This document shows, piece after piece, positions 1 through 8,922 of a DNA stretch of 64,000 nt. Numbering within the stretch: the stretch's first letter is position 1; each line of letters starts with the position of its first letter. The notes beneath the pieces were generated by a model. That model ran no database searches. It was given only the letters and a program-made list of their open reading frames with translations, and was not told where the DNA came from. The translations under genes and the position numbers were made by a program. Source of the stretch: an uncultured Treponema sp. GTDB lineage: Bacteria; Spirochaetota; Spirochaetia; Treponematales; Treponemataceae. The stretch spans positions 1,960 through 65,959 of the forward strand of contig CAYPGB010000011.1 in assembly GCA_964410365.1 (NCBI GenBank). Reading direction: 5' to 3'.

Positions 1-723
1 TTTAAATACGAAACGCATCTTCATACTTTTCAAAGTTCTGCTTGCGGTCAAACAAAAGGCGAAGATTATATCAAACCTTATATTGATGCTGGATATTCTG
101 GAATTTTTGTAACAGACCATTTTTTTGGTGGAAATACAAAAGCTTTAAGAATAGGTGATTGGAAAACTCGAATTGAATCTTATTGTTTTGGTTATGAATC
201 TGCAAAAAAAGCGGCGGATGATTTTAATCAAAAAAATAATCTTTTTGGAACAGAAAATGAATTCAAGGTTTTCTTTGGAATTGAACAAACTTTTGATGGT
301 GATGATTATTTAGTTTACGGATTTGATAAAACTTGGCTCATAAATCATCCAGAAATTGAAAAAATGAATCATAAAGAACTTTTTGAAGCAGTAAATTCTG
401 TTGGTGGACTTATGATTCAAGCTCATCCTTTTAGATTTAGAAATTATATGGAAGCAATTCATTTACATATTCGAGAAGTTCACGGAGTAGAAATTTATAA
501 TTCTGGAAATAAAGCGGAAGAAAATCTTTTGGCAAAAATCTATGCTTCTCAATATGATTTTCCTACTACAAGTGGAAGTGATATTCATAACGTAGAAAAA
601 CTTTTTAGTAACGATGGCTTAAAAATTGGTGGAGTTTATTTTGATTCTCCGTTAAATTCGGTTTTTGATTATGCAAACCGAATAAAAGAGAAAAAAGTAA
701 ATCTTATTACCGATTTTATTTAA
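1..723 (+). CDS. PHP-domain metal-dependent phosphoesterase, 5' end cut by window edge
   Basis: Frame 1 is open from base 1 into the listed 364..723 ORF. ETHLHT, VTDHF, IQAHPFR and TSGSDIH are PHP-type His/Asp ligand motifs. Confidence 0.7.
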   Translation, partial: FKYETHLHTFQSSACGQTKGEDYIKPYIDAGYSGIFVTDHFFGGNTKALRIGDWKTRIESYCFGYESAKKAADDFNQKNNLFGTENEFKVFFGIEQTFDGDDYLVYGFDKTWLINHPEIEKMNHKELFEAVNSVGGLMIQAHPFRFRNYMEAIHLHIREVHGVEIYNSGNKAEENLLAKIYASQYDFPTTSGSDIHNVEKLFSNDGLKIGGVYFDSPLNSVFDYANRIKEKKVNLITDFI

Positions 724-756
724 AATCATAAAATATTTTTAAAGAAGGAATTTAAT

Positions 757-1947
757 ATGAAAGAAAAATTTGATGTAACACCAGAACTTTTAAAAGAAAA
801 TTTTTTAGAAGTTTACGGAAAAAACAAAAAAGAAATTAGAATGTTTGCTTCTCCAGCAAGAATTAATATAATTGGAGAACATATTGATTATAATGGTGGA
901 AAAGTTTTTCCTGCTGCAATCGATAAATATCTTTATTGTGCAATCCGAAAGCGTGATGATAAAAAAATTATTTATAATGATTTATTTTTTCCAGGAACTT
1001 TTGAATTTTCTACAGAAACAGATTTTCAATTCGACAAAAAAAATGATTACGCAAATTTTTTAAACGGAATTCTTTCTTGTATGAAAAAACGCGGATTTAC
1101 TTTTCCTTGTGGATTTGAAGTTCTTATTGCAAGTAATGTTCCAAGTGCTGGAGGAATTTCATCATCATCAGCGTTAGAATGTGGATTTGCTTGGGCTGTA
1201 AGTGAAACTTTTGATTTTAATATTTCCAGAAAAGATATTGCTCTTATGGGACAGCAATCTGAACACGAATTTATGAATGTAAATTGTGGAATTATGGACC
1301 AATACATAATCGCAACTGCTAAAAAAGATACTGCTGAAGTTTTAGATTGTGCAAAAATCGAACACGAATATGTTCCATTAAATCTTGGAGATTATCGTTT
1401 TGTTGTGATGAATACAAAAAAACAACGAAAACTGGCAGATTCGAAATACAACGAAAGACGTTCTCAATGCGAAGAAGGTCTTTCAATTTTGAAAAAATCT
1501 GGTTTTGACATTCCAAACCTTTGTAGTATTTCTGTAGAAAAATTTAACAAAATTGGAAATCTTATAAAAGATGATGTAATTTATCGTCGTGTGCGACATT
1601 GTGTTACAGAAATGGATAGAGTTTTAAAAGCGGTAGATGCATTGCGTTCAAACAATCTTCAAGAATTAGGCAATCTTTTATATGCTTCTCATAATTCTTT
1701 GCGTGATGATTACGAAGTTACAGGAATTGAACTTGATACTTTGGTGAATGAAGCTTCTAAGCAAAAAGGTTGCATTGGAGCAAGAATGACTGGTGCGGGT
1801 TTTGGAGGTTGTGCAATCGCTCTTGTTCATAAAGATAATCTTGAAGAATTTATAAAAAATGTTGGTGATGAATATAAAAAAATTATTGGTTACGACGGCG
1901 GATTTTTTGCTTGTTCTTCTGGTGATGGAGTTCGTGAAATAAAATAA
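757..1947 (+). CDS. galK: galactokinase
   Basis: 396 aa. Galactokinase signature PARINIIGEHIDYNGG. GHMP motifs PSAGGISSSSA and MTGAGFGGC. GAAGGA SD upstream. Confidence 0.93.
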   Translation: MKEKFDVTPELLKENFLEVYGKNKKEIRMFASPARINIIGEHIDYNGGKVFPAAIDKYLYCAIRKRDDKKIIYNDLFFPGTFEFSTETDFQFDKKNDYANFLNGILSCMKKRGFTFPCGFEVLIASNVPSAGGISSSSALECGFAWAVSETFDFNISRKDIALMGQQSEHEFMNVNCGIMDQYIIATAKKDTAEVLDCAKIEHEYVPLNLGDYRFVVMNTKKQRKLADSKYNERRSQCEEGLSILKKSGFDIPNLCSISVEKFNKIGNLIKDDVIYRRVRHCVTEMDRVLKAVDALRSNNLQELGNLLYASHNSLRDDYEVTGIELDTLVNEASKQKGCIGARMTGAGFGGCAIALVHKDNLEEFIKNVGDEYKKIIGYDGGFFACSSGDGVREIK

Positions 1948-1984
1948 AAAAAAGCGAATATCTACTTTTTGGTGGATATTCGCT
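1946..1984 (-). terminator. intrinsic terminator between convergent galK and the Na/Pi transporter gene
   Basis: AGCGAATATC (1953-1962) pairs with GATATTCGCT (1975-1984). An A-run at 1946-1953 gives a U-tract on the minus strand. Confidence 0.7.
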
Positions 1985-2004
1985 TCTTGCAAAAAATATT
2001 TATC

Positions 2005-3660
2005 TTAAATTGCGGTTAAACTTTCAGAAATACTAAAACAGTTATCACCAATTTTTTCAATTTGACGAACAATATCGATATATAAAAGTTCTGCTTTTAC
2101 ATCTGCTCCAGATTCCAAACGTTTTCTTGCAACTTTCTTTAAATCTTTTCTAAAATCATCAATTCCATTTTCAAGTTCATTTGCAAGTTGGAGTTTGTCT
2201 TCATCAATATGTTTATTAATATTTCTTTGAACAAATTGTAAAAATTGTCGAGTAAGTTCTACATAAGGAAGCATTCTTTCAATATCTTCAGAAGGATATT
2301 TCATTTTCTTTTCAATACTTCTTCCTAAAAGCATAATTGTTGTGTAACAGTTGTCAGACATATTTTCTAATTCATCAACAATTTGAAGCATAGAAGAAAT
2401 GTGAGAAAATTGTTTTTCTGCCAAAGGTAAAGATTCGCATTTTACAAGATAATGTGTAATTTGTTCATGCATTTGATCTACATAATTTTCTTCATCAGAA
2501 GCTTTTTCAACATGGTCTTTTAAAAATGCAGAATTTCGTTTTGTTACGCCAATTTGAATTCTATCAAACATTCCAGAAACAACATCTGTCATATCGCTAA
2601 TTGCTTTTTCTGCACGAATTATGTATGCGGCAAGACTTTCCTTAGCACCAAGAACTGCTTCTTGAAATTCCAATTTATAAACACCTTTTTTCTCAGTTTT
2701 ATCATCTTTAATAATAATTCTAGAAAGTGTACAAAGTTGATTTGCAAGAGGGAATAAAATTACTGTTGTAAGTGTATTAAATACTGTGTGTAAAAGTGAA
2801 ATTTGAATAGAAATATTTGCATTTTTTGGAGTTATGAACTTTATTAAAGTTAGGAATGGTTGGAAGAAAATTAAAGCTATTGCAGTTCCAAAAACGTTGA
2901 ACATAACGTGAAGTAGGGCGGTTCGTTTTGTATCGGCAGTTGTACCTAAAGAAGCAAGAATAGCATCTATTGTAGAACCAATATTACTTCCTAAAGTCAT
3001 AGCTGCGGCAAGTTCCCAACCTAAAAGCCCATTGTAAGCCATTGTAATTACAATCGCAGAAAAAGCTGAAGACGAATGAAGAAGTGCTGTAACTACAATT
3101 CCAATAAAGAATCCAGAAAGAATTGCAAGTGGTCCGCTTCCTTTAATTTGTAAAAGGAAACCAAGTTGTTCTGGTGTGAATACATTTTTAAGTCCATCTA
3201 AACCCAAAAATAACATTCCAAAGCCCATAACAGCTTCACCAATATTTTTATAACGTGCTTTTTTAAAGATTGAAAGGAAATATCCAATTCCAATAACCGG
3301 AATTGCAAATGCAGAAATATCAAAGTTGAAACCAAAAATAGAAACAATCCAAGCGGTAATTGTTGTACCAATATTTGCTCCAAAAATAACGCCAATAGAT
3401 TGTGATAAAGTTAAAAGACCTGCATTAACAAAAGTTGTAACCATTACTGTAGTTGCACCAGATGATTGAATTATCATCGTGATAAGCAAACCTGTTAGTA
3501 ATCCAACAAAACGATTTTTCGTTACGACGCTAAGAGCTCGTTGAAGTTTTTCTCCGGCACTGTTTTGAATACCGTTACTCATAAGTTTCATGCCATAAAG
3601 CAAGAAACCCAAACTTCCAATAAATTGTAAAAGGGGTGTTATAACACTCATAAGAGGCAT
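2005..3660 (-). CDS. Na+/phosphate cotransporter family protein with C-terminal PhoU-like domain
   Basis: Polytopic N-terminal half with duplicated Na/Pi-cotransporter repeats (GANIGTT, GSNIGST), then a helical PhoU-like C-terminus. Start placed at ATG 3660 (MPLMSVITPLL); the track start 3687 is a TTG. Confidence 0.85.
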   Translation of the reverse strand: MPLMSVITPLLQFIGSLGFLLYGMKLMSNGIQNSAGEKLQRALSVVTKNRFVGLLTGLLITMIIQSSGATTVMVTTFVNAGLLTLSQSIGVIFGANIGTTITAWIVSIFGFNFDISAFAIPVIGIGYFLSIFKKARYKNIGEAVMGFGMLFLGLDGLKNVFTPEQLGFLLQIKGSGPLAILSGFFIGIVVTALLHSSSAFSAIVITMAYNGLLGWELAAAMTLGSNIGSTIDAILASLGTTADTKRTALLHVMFNVFGTAIALIFFQPFLTLIKFITPKNANISIQISLLHTVFNTLTTVILFPLANQLCTLSRIIIKDDKTEKKGVYKLEFQEAVLGAKESLAAYIIRAEKAISDMTDVVSGMFDRIQIGVTKRNSAFLKDHVEKASDEENYVDQMHEQITHYLVKCESLPLAEKQFSHISSMLQIVDELENMSDNCYTTIMLLGRSIEKKMKYPSEDIERMLPYVELTRQFLQFVQRNINKHIDEDKLQLANELENGIDDFRKDLKKVARKRLESGADVKAELLYIDIVRQIEKIGDNCFSISESLTAI

Positions 3661-3707
3661 TGTATAATAAAACTCTCTTCTTTTCAATAAAAATCAAATA
3701 CAGTAAA

Positions 3708-4466
3708 ATGATGATTATGAAGAAAAATCTTTTATTTATTTTTGCGATTTTTATAATTTTATTTACAAGTTGTTCTCAAAAGAAAAAAAATACATTAAAT
3801 GAAGATTCTATCAACATAACGTTAGAAAGTTCAGATTCAAAAATTTCTTCATCACCACAAACTTGGCACATCACAAACAAACGAATTTGTGTAGTTTTTG
3901 GATATAATTTTAATTCAGAAGAAGTTTATGCTCCATTGTTAAAAAATCTTTCTCAAAAATATGGGCTTGATGAAAATGGCGGATTGATTTTGCCTTTAAT
4001 CTATCCAGAAAGTTTTAAACATGGTGTAAAAGGTTATAGTTCAGATTTGTTTTCTATTTTAAATGATGATGAAATTGATTTTTCTGGTGTAATAATTTTA
4101 GGTGCTCCAGAAAAAACACATCAAGCGTTGGCAAGGCTTCAAGAAAAATGGGATGAAAAAGTTCCTTATCCAATTATTGCGTTATTTCCTCAAGATGATG
4201 TTTTGGGTTTGGAATTTGCGTGTGATATTGTAATTGACCAAGAAGGAAATTTTTCTGATTTGGAAGAAGAACATTCTCAAAACATTCCTCAAATTGATAA
4301 AATTTTGGAAGAAACTGTAGATTATGTTATTGCTTTAAAATCTTCTATGCCAAGAGATGTTTCTATTCAAACTCATGTTCAACAAATGTATAAAAATAGA
4401 AAAGTTAGACGTTATCTTGACCCAGAAAGCGGATTGCAATCAATCAACCATTTTGTTTTAAATTAA
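3708..4466 (+). CDS. hypothetical lipoprotein
   Basis: Signal peptide with lipobox (MKKNLLFIFAIFIILFTSC). The track start 3660 is TTG; in-frame ATGs are at 3708, 3711 and 3717. No family recognised. Confidence 0.6.
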   Translation: MMIMKKNLLFIFAIFIILFTSCSQKKKNTLNEDSINITLESSDSKISSSPQTWHITNKRICVVFGYNFNSEEVYAPLLKNLSQKYGLDENGGLILPLIYPESFKHGVKGYSSDLFSILNDDEIDFSGVIILGAPEKTHQALARLQEKWDEKVPYPIIALFPQDDVLGLEFACDIVIDQEGNFSDLEEEHSQNIPQIDKILEETVDYVIALKSSMPRDVSIQTHVQQMYKNRKVRRYLDPESGLQSINHFVLN

Positions 4467-4475
4467 TTTACTAAA

Positions 4476-5156
4476 ATGATAGAACTTGTGCAAAATTTTC
4501 ATAATTTAATTGGTTCTCGCTCATCAATTGAAAATCTTTCTAAAAGTGAACATGCAAGAATTTTGTTAATATCAGATTCTCATGGAAATTATAGAACTTT
4601 AGTTCGTATTTTAAATCAATTTGGACCTTCTTGCGATGCTTTTATTTTTTGTGGTGATGGTGCAAGAGATATTTGTGAAATTTTAGAAAAAGCAAATGAA
4701 GATGAAAAATTTAGAAAAAATCTTCCTTCAGTAATGGCTTTTGTTCGTGGAAATGGTGATTCTGAATTTTATCCGGTTAGTTATGAAATTGGAAAAAATA
4801 ATCTTGAAGCAAGAACTTTACCAAAAGGTTCTGTGATTTTTCCTTTATCGCAAACAATTTGTGTAAATAATAAAAATATTTTTATTTCGCATGGACATTA
4901 TCAAACTGTAGATTTTGGAAGAACGAATTTAGCAAATCGAGCAATGCAAGAAAATTGTCAAATTGCTTTTTATGGACATACTCATATTGCAAATGAAGAA
5001 ATGATTGATGATGTAAAAGTTGTGAATCCGGGAAGTTGTTCTGGACCAAGAGGTGGACAGCCTGCTGGATTTGCAATTTGCACCGTAGAAAAAGATTTTT
5101 TAGATGTTGCATTTATTCGTGTTGATGATTTTAAAATTTATTCTCCCATTTTTTAA
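4476..5156 (+). CDS. YfcE/MJ0936-type metallophosphoesterase
   Basis: Calcineurin-like motifs in order: ISDSHGN, CGDGARD, GNGD, SHGH, GHTH. Confidence 0.85.
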   Translation: MIELVQNFHNLIGSRSSIENLSKSEHARILLISDSHGNYRTLVRILNQFGPSCDAFIFCGDGARDICEILEKANEDEKFRKNLPSVMAFVRGNGDSEFYPVSYEIGKNNLEARTLPKGSVIFPLSQTICVNNKNIFISHGHYQTVDFGRTNLANRAMQENCQIAFYGHTHIANEEMIDDVKVVNPGSCSGPRGGQPAGFAICTVEKDFLDVAFIRVDDFKIYSPIF

Positions 5157-5170
5157 GTTTGTACTGGATA

Positions 5171-5197
5171 GATTGCCGTATCAAGTACGGCAATGAC
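5171..5197 (+). repeat. 3'-end stem-loop family copy: GATTGCCGTA-TCAAG-TACGGCAATGAC
   Basis: Perfect 9-bp stem, 15 nt after the stop of 4476..5156. Same flanks and loop as the copies at 5383, 12181 and 32526. Confidence 0.8.
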
Positions 5198-5213
5198 TGT
5201 AAAGTCGGACCAC

Positions 5214-5345
5214 GGGAATGACTGTGTTGCTTTCGCAACACTCGAGTTTGCTTCGCAAACATCGCACGTCTTAAATGACGGTGTTGTTTATGCCTCCGGG
5301 AATGACTGTGTTTCTTGTAGCAACACACAAGTTTGCTTCGCAAAC
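5214..5345. repeat. imperfect tandem duplication, period about 84 bp, carrying GGGAATGACTGTGTT and the palindrome GTTTGCTTCGCAAAC
   Basis: GGGAATGACTGTG occurs at 5214 and 5298. GTTTGCTTCGCAAAC occurs at 5246-5260 and 5331-5345. Confidence 0.85.
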
Positions 5346-5382
5346 GTCGCAGATCTTCTGCCATTATTGGACTAGAAAAAAA

Positions 5383-5411
5383 TTGTCATTATCGGGCGTG
5401 ACCCGATAATC
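5383..5411 (-). repeat. 3'-end stem-loop family copy (minus sense): GATTATCGGG-TCACG-CCCGATAATGAC
   Basis: Perfect 9-bp inverted repeat ATTATCGGG/CCCGATAAT. The first G of GATT is the last base of the TAG stop of 5411..6040. Confidence 0.8.
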
Positions 5412-6040
5412 TACAATTTAAAACCAAATCCGTCGTGTCCTGGATAAACTAAAGTTCCTTTTGGAATTTTTTCATTTAGTAAATTTATGCTTTTTATAAT
5501 TTGAAATTCATTTCCACCTTCAAAATCTGTTCTTCCGTATCCACCATTTTCAAAAAGTGTGTCGCCAGAAATTAAAATATTTTCGTTTTTGTTGTAAAGG
5601 CAAATTGAACCGGGAGAATGACCTGGAGTATGGATAACTTTCCAACCAAAATAATCTTCTCCATTTTTCAAAGATTTTTCTGCGGAAGGTTGATTTTTTA
5701 GTTCATTTAATAATTCAGGATAACCAAAATATTCAAGTACAGAAAGATTTATTTTTCCGGGCAAATTTTGTAATTCTCCAAATTCTGCTTCATGAATTGC
5801 AATTTGTGCATTTGGAAAATTTTGTTTTATTGGGAGAATTCCTGTGATATGGTCAAAATGACAGTGAGTTAAAATAATTCCAACACATTCAAGTTTTTTT
5901 GTTTTTAAATAATTTATGATGATATTTTCATCTTTAGAAAGAGAACATCCTGCTGGATCTACAACGAAAACTTTTTTTTGTTCAATTTCTATAATAAGAG
6001 AATTAACTTTAAAAATGCCAGAATGAATTACATGTATCAT
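5411..6040 (-). CDS. MBL-fold metallo-hydrolase (glyoxalase II-like)
   Basis: THCHFDH motif, later HTPGHSPGS and GHD. Confidence 0.85.
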   Translation of the reverse strand: MIHVIHSGIFKVNSLIIEIEQKKVFVVDPAGCSLSKDENIIINYLKTKKLECVGIILTHCHFDHITGILPIKQNFPNAQIAIHEAEFGELQNLPGKINLSVLEYFGYPELLNELKNQPSAEKSLKNGEDYFGWKVIHTPGHSPGSICLYNKNENILISGDTLFENGGYGRTDFEGGNEFQIIKSINLLNEKIPKGTLVYPGHDGFGFKL

Positions 6041-6042
6041 AT

Positions 6043-6079
6043 AAAAAAATCGCTACGAAAGATTTTTTTCCGTAGCGAA
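6043..6079 (-). terminator. intrinsic terminator after the DbpA-domain gene
   Basis: TCGCTACG (6050-6057) pairs with CGTAGCGA (6071-6078). The A-run at 6043-6049 is a U-tract on the minus strand. Confidence 0.7.
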
Positions 6080-6094
6080 TAGACCTCTTAGTTT

Positions 6095-6829
6095 TTAGTT
6101 AGTTCCAAAAGGAGCTTTATCTGCAGCCGCTTTTTCTGCCGCAGCATAAGCAGCAGCGTCTTCAGCAGCCATTTCTTCTTCCGAAATTTGTGAATCTGTA
6201 GAAAAATCTACTTTATTTTCTAAATCTTCATCATCTTTTTGGTGACTGTAACTTACAGAAAGTTTTCGTCCTCTGTAATCATAACCATTTAATTTATCAA
6301 TTGCTTGTTGAGCATCTTCTGCATAAAGTTGAACAAACGAATAATTTGCTAAAACTTTTATATCTCCAATTCTGTCGCGTTCAAGACCAGCTACAGAAAT
6401 TAAAATTCCTACTAAGTCGCGAGGATAAACTCTTCTGTTTTTTCCAATTCCGATAAAAATAGAAGCAGCATTTTCTGGAGCAATAATAACTCTTTCGTGA
6501 CGTGGACGCTCTTCTGTTGTTTCTATAGATTTTTTTTCATCTAATTTTCTTTCTGATTTGATATTAGTTTTAAAATCGCTTTTGTTTCTTAAATTACGAC
6601 GATTGTCGTTAGAAGAATTATTTCTAAATGAGCGATAATGTTTTAAAGATTCTTTTAACATGTAAGCAATAACATATTTTCTTAAAGAAAAAGGAACATT
6701 CTTTTTGAATAATTTATTAAGGTCAGAAAGAATATCTACATTTTCTGTTGTTTTTACTTTGTTTGCAGCATTAGAAAGATAATCTGCAATTTGTGTTTTG
6801 TTAATTTCAAAATCATGGTTGTATGCCAT
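6095..6829 (-). CDS. DbpA-type RNA-binding domain protein with basic linker and acidic/Ala-rich tail
   Basis: IFIGIGKNRRVYPRDLVGILISVAGLERDRIGDIKVLANYSFVQ resembles the C-terminal RNA-binding domain of DbpA/DeaD helicases. No helicase core is present. Start moved to ATG 6829, which follows a GGGAG SD. Confidence 0.6.
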   Translation of the reverse strand: MAYNHDFEINKTQIADYLSNAANKVKTTENVDILSDLNKLFKKNVPFSLRKYVIAYMLKESLKHYRSFRNNSSNDNRRNLRNKSDFKTNIKSERKLDEKKSIETTEERPRHERVIIAPENAASIFIGIGKNRRVYPRDLVGILISVAGLERDRIGDIKVLANYSFVQLYAEDAQQAIDKLNGYDYRGRKLSVSYSHQKDDEDLENKVDFSTDSQISEEEMAAEDAAAYAAAEKAAADKAPFGTN

Positions 6830-6980
6830 AAGTTTATCTCCCATAAAAAAGTTAATAAGAAAGTTTTAATTTCCGATTTAACTTTTTTAATAACTTCGCA
6901 ATGAAATGAGAAGTTGGTGTTATTAAAGAAGTTTGCAACGCAAACTTTAGTTAGATAAAAACTGCAACATTTTAGCGATT

Positions 6981-7880
6981 TTATCTAACATTCCTATCTA
7001 AAAAGATGTATCCAAAATTATTTTTTGTAAAACCCGTTCGTGTTAATAATGGTTCTAAAAATTCTGGTGCCATTAAATTTGGCATTAAAATGATTTTTTT
7101 ACCTAAAGACTGAAGGTTTGAAATGCACATTGAAAGTAATTCTGTGCCTATTCCTAGTCCTCGGAATTGTTCAGGAACAAAAAAACTTGTAATAAACATT
7201 ATTTTTTCCTGATTTTTTAAAATTGATGATGCGGTTATGCATCCTGCAAAATCATCAGAAAGACTTTTACAAATGTAGCCTTTTTGTTCTGTATGTTCAG
7301 ATTTTTCAAATTGATTTTTCCACAATTCGTAAATTACGTTTTTTATTTCTGATGGCAGATTTTCATCATCCTTTATTATACTTGCGTTTATATTTTGAAT
7401 GATTAGTTTGTTATCATTTTCTGAAATATATTCTGTAAAAGAAAAATCATCATGAATTAATGTTTCATCAGATTCTGTATATTGATCTAATTTTTCTAAT
7501 CCCCATATTTCTCGCAAGGAATTGTACCAATCATTAATTTTAATTGACATATATTTATTTTTGTAAATATGCCAACGTTTATCAATTTCTGGGTAACTTT
7601 TTAAAATCGTTCTAAAATTCTTAAATACCCCCCTTCCAGAATATAAAACTGCTTGAAGTTCTTGTTTTACAATTGGTGCATGCAACTCGTTTACAAAATC
7701 TTGTCGCATTTTAAAGCCATTTGAAGGAGTCCATTCTGGTAATTTATAAAAATTATCTTCATCCGATTGAATTTCTTCAACTAACTGACAAGCCGCTGCG
7801 TTTACAACGAATTTTTTTTCTTGATTTTCCATTGCTTGAATAATTTCGCTTAAAAGTTTGTCAGTTAAATTAAAAATCAT
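6981..7880 (-). CDS. GNAT-family N-acetyltransferase with uncharacterised N-terminal domain
   Basis: C-terminal acetyl-CoA motif A: FRGLGIGTELL. The N-terminal roughly 190 aa were not recognised. Confidence 0.6.
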   Translation of the reverse strand: MIFNLTDKLLSEIIQAMENQEKKFVVNAAACQLVEEIQSDEDNFYKLPEWTPSNGFKMRQDFVNELHAPIVKQELQAVLYSGRGVFKNFRTILKSYPEIDKRWHIYKNKYMSIKINDWYNSLREIWGLEKLDQYTESDETLIHDDFSFTEYISENDNKLIIQNINASIIKDDENLPSEIKNVIYELWKNQFEKSEHTEQKGYICKSLSDDFAGCITASSILKNQEKIMFITSFFVPEQFRGLGIGTELLSMCISNLQSLGKKIILMPNLMAPEFLEPLLTRTGFTKNNFGYIFLDRNVR

Positions 7881-7882
7881 AA

Positions 7883-8482
7883 TTATTTAGGTAAATCTGT
7901 GCGTTTTGTGATTATTTTGCTAATCAGACCATATTTTACAGCTTCTTGAGAATCTAACCAGTAATCTCTTTCTGTATCTTTTGTAACTTGTTCTAATGAA
8001 GTTCCAGTTTCATCAGCAATAATTTTGTTTAAAATAGCACGAGTTTTTTCCATTTCTTTTGCGTGAATTTCAATATCAGTTGCAACGCCTTGCATTCCAC
8101 TCATTGGTTGATGAATAAGATAGCGACTATTTGGTAAACCAATACGATTTTCTTTTGGAACAGCAAGCAAAACTAAAGTTGCTGCACTTGCAATAAGTCC
8201 CATTCCAATTAAAACAACTGGTGCTTTTATAAAACGAATTATATCAAAAATGGCAAATCCGGCATCAACATCACCACCTGGCGAGTCAATATACATATAA
8301 ATTGTTTTTTCTGCATCATCTGCTTCAAGAATTAAAAGCTGACTTACAATTTTTTCAGCCAGTTCCTTATTAATTTCTCCAGAAAGAATAATTTGTCTTG
8401 TTTTTAGAAATTTTTCCTGTAGAGGATTTTGAGTTTCTGGAGATTTTGTTTTTTTATCTTCATTATCATTTAAAATCATCAT
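7883..8482 (-). CDS. clpP: ATP-dependent Clp protease proteolytic subunit
   Basis: YIDSPGGDV, GLIASAAT (catalytic Ser), LIHQP (His), RDYWLD (Asp). Start moved to ATG 8482 behind an AAGG SD; the track start 8518 is TTG. Confidence 0.9.
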   Translation of the reverse strand: MMILNDNEDKKTKSPETQNPLQEKFLKTRQIILSGEINKELAEKIVSQLLILEADDAEKTIYMYIDSPGGDVDAGFAIFDIIRFIKAPVVLIGMGLIASAATLVLLAVPKENRIGLPNSRYLIHQPMSGMQGVATDIEIHAKEMEKTRAILNKIIADETGTSLEQVTKDTERDYWLDSQEAVKYGLISKIITKRTDLPK

Positions 8483-8652
8483 AACCTTAAATATAGTAAA
8501 AAACTGTAAAATTGACAATGAGAGTTAGAAAGAATTAGAAAATAGGAATGAGGATTTAAAAAATCTATGAATATTATGGGGTCTGTCCCCTCTCAAAATA
8601 TTTCATAAAAAATACTCTTCCTTTATTTTTTGATAATTTGTAAAATAAAATT

Positions 8653-8907
8653 GTGAGTGAAATTTGTCCTGAATGTGAAACAAAATCATATTTATCTTCT
8701 ATGGAAATGACTCCAGAACTTGTTGAAGAAATGGCAATGCAAGAAAAAATTTCAGATTTTATAGGTGAAGAAACTTATAGAAAAAGATTAGAAATCTGTC
8801 ATAATTGCCCTAGTTTGATAGGTGAAATGACTTGCAAAAATTGCGGATGTTTTGTGCAATTTAGAGCGAGACATATTTCATCATCATGTATAGAGGGAAA
8901 ATGGTAA
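8653..8907 (+). CDS. small cysteine-rich, putative zinc-binding protein
   Basis: 84 aa with a GTG start. Cys pairs CPEC, CHNC and CKNCGC. 15 nt upstream of the GH27 gene. Confidence 0.5.
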   Translation: MSEICPECETKSYLSSMEMTPELVEEMAMQEKISDFIGEETYRKRLEICHNCPSLIGEMTCKNCGCFVQFRARHISSSCIEGKW

Positions 8908-8922
8908 AAAAAAGAGGAAAAA

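Noticed and set aside
5214-5345. Possible CRISPR array
   Set aside because: There are only two imperfect units with an 84-bp period, no regular repeat-spacer structure, and no cas genes in the window.
5131-5375. ORFs 5131..5364 (-) and 5193..5375 (+), with repeated HSHSR and GNDCV peptides
   Set aside because: They lie entirely within the tandem and palindromic repeat region between two convergent genes. The peptide repeats merely mirror the DNA repeat, and neither ORF has an SD.
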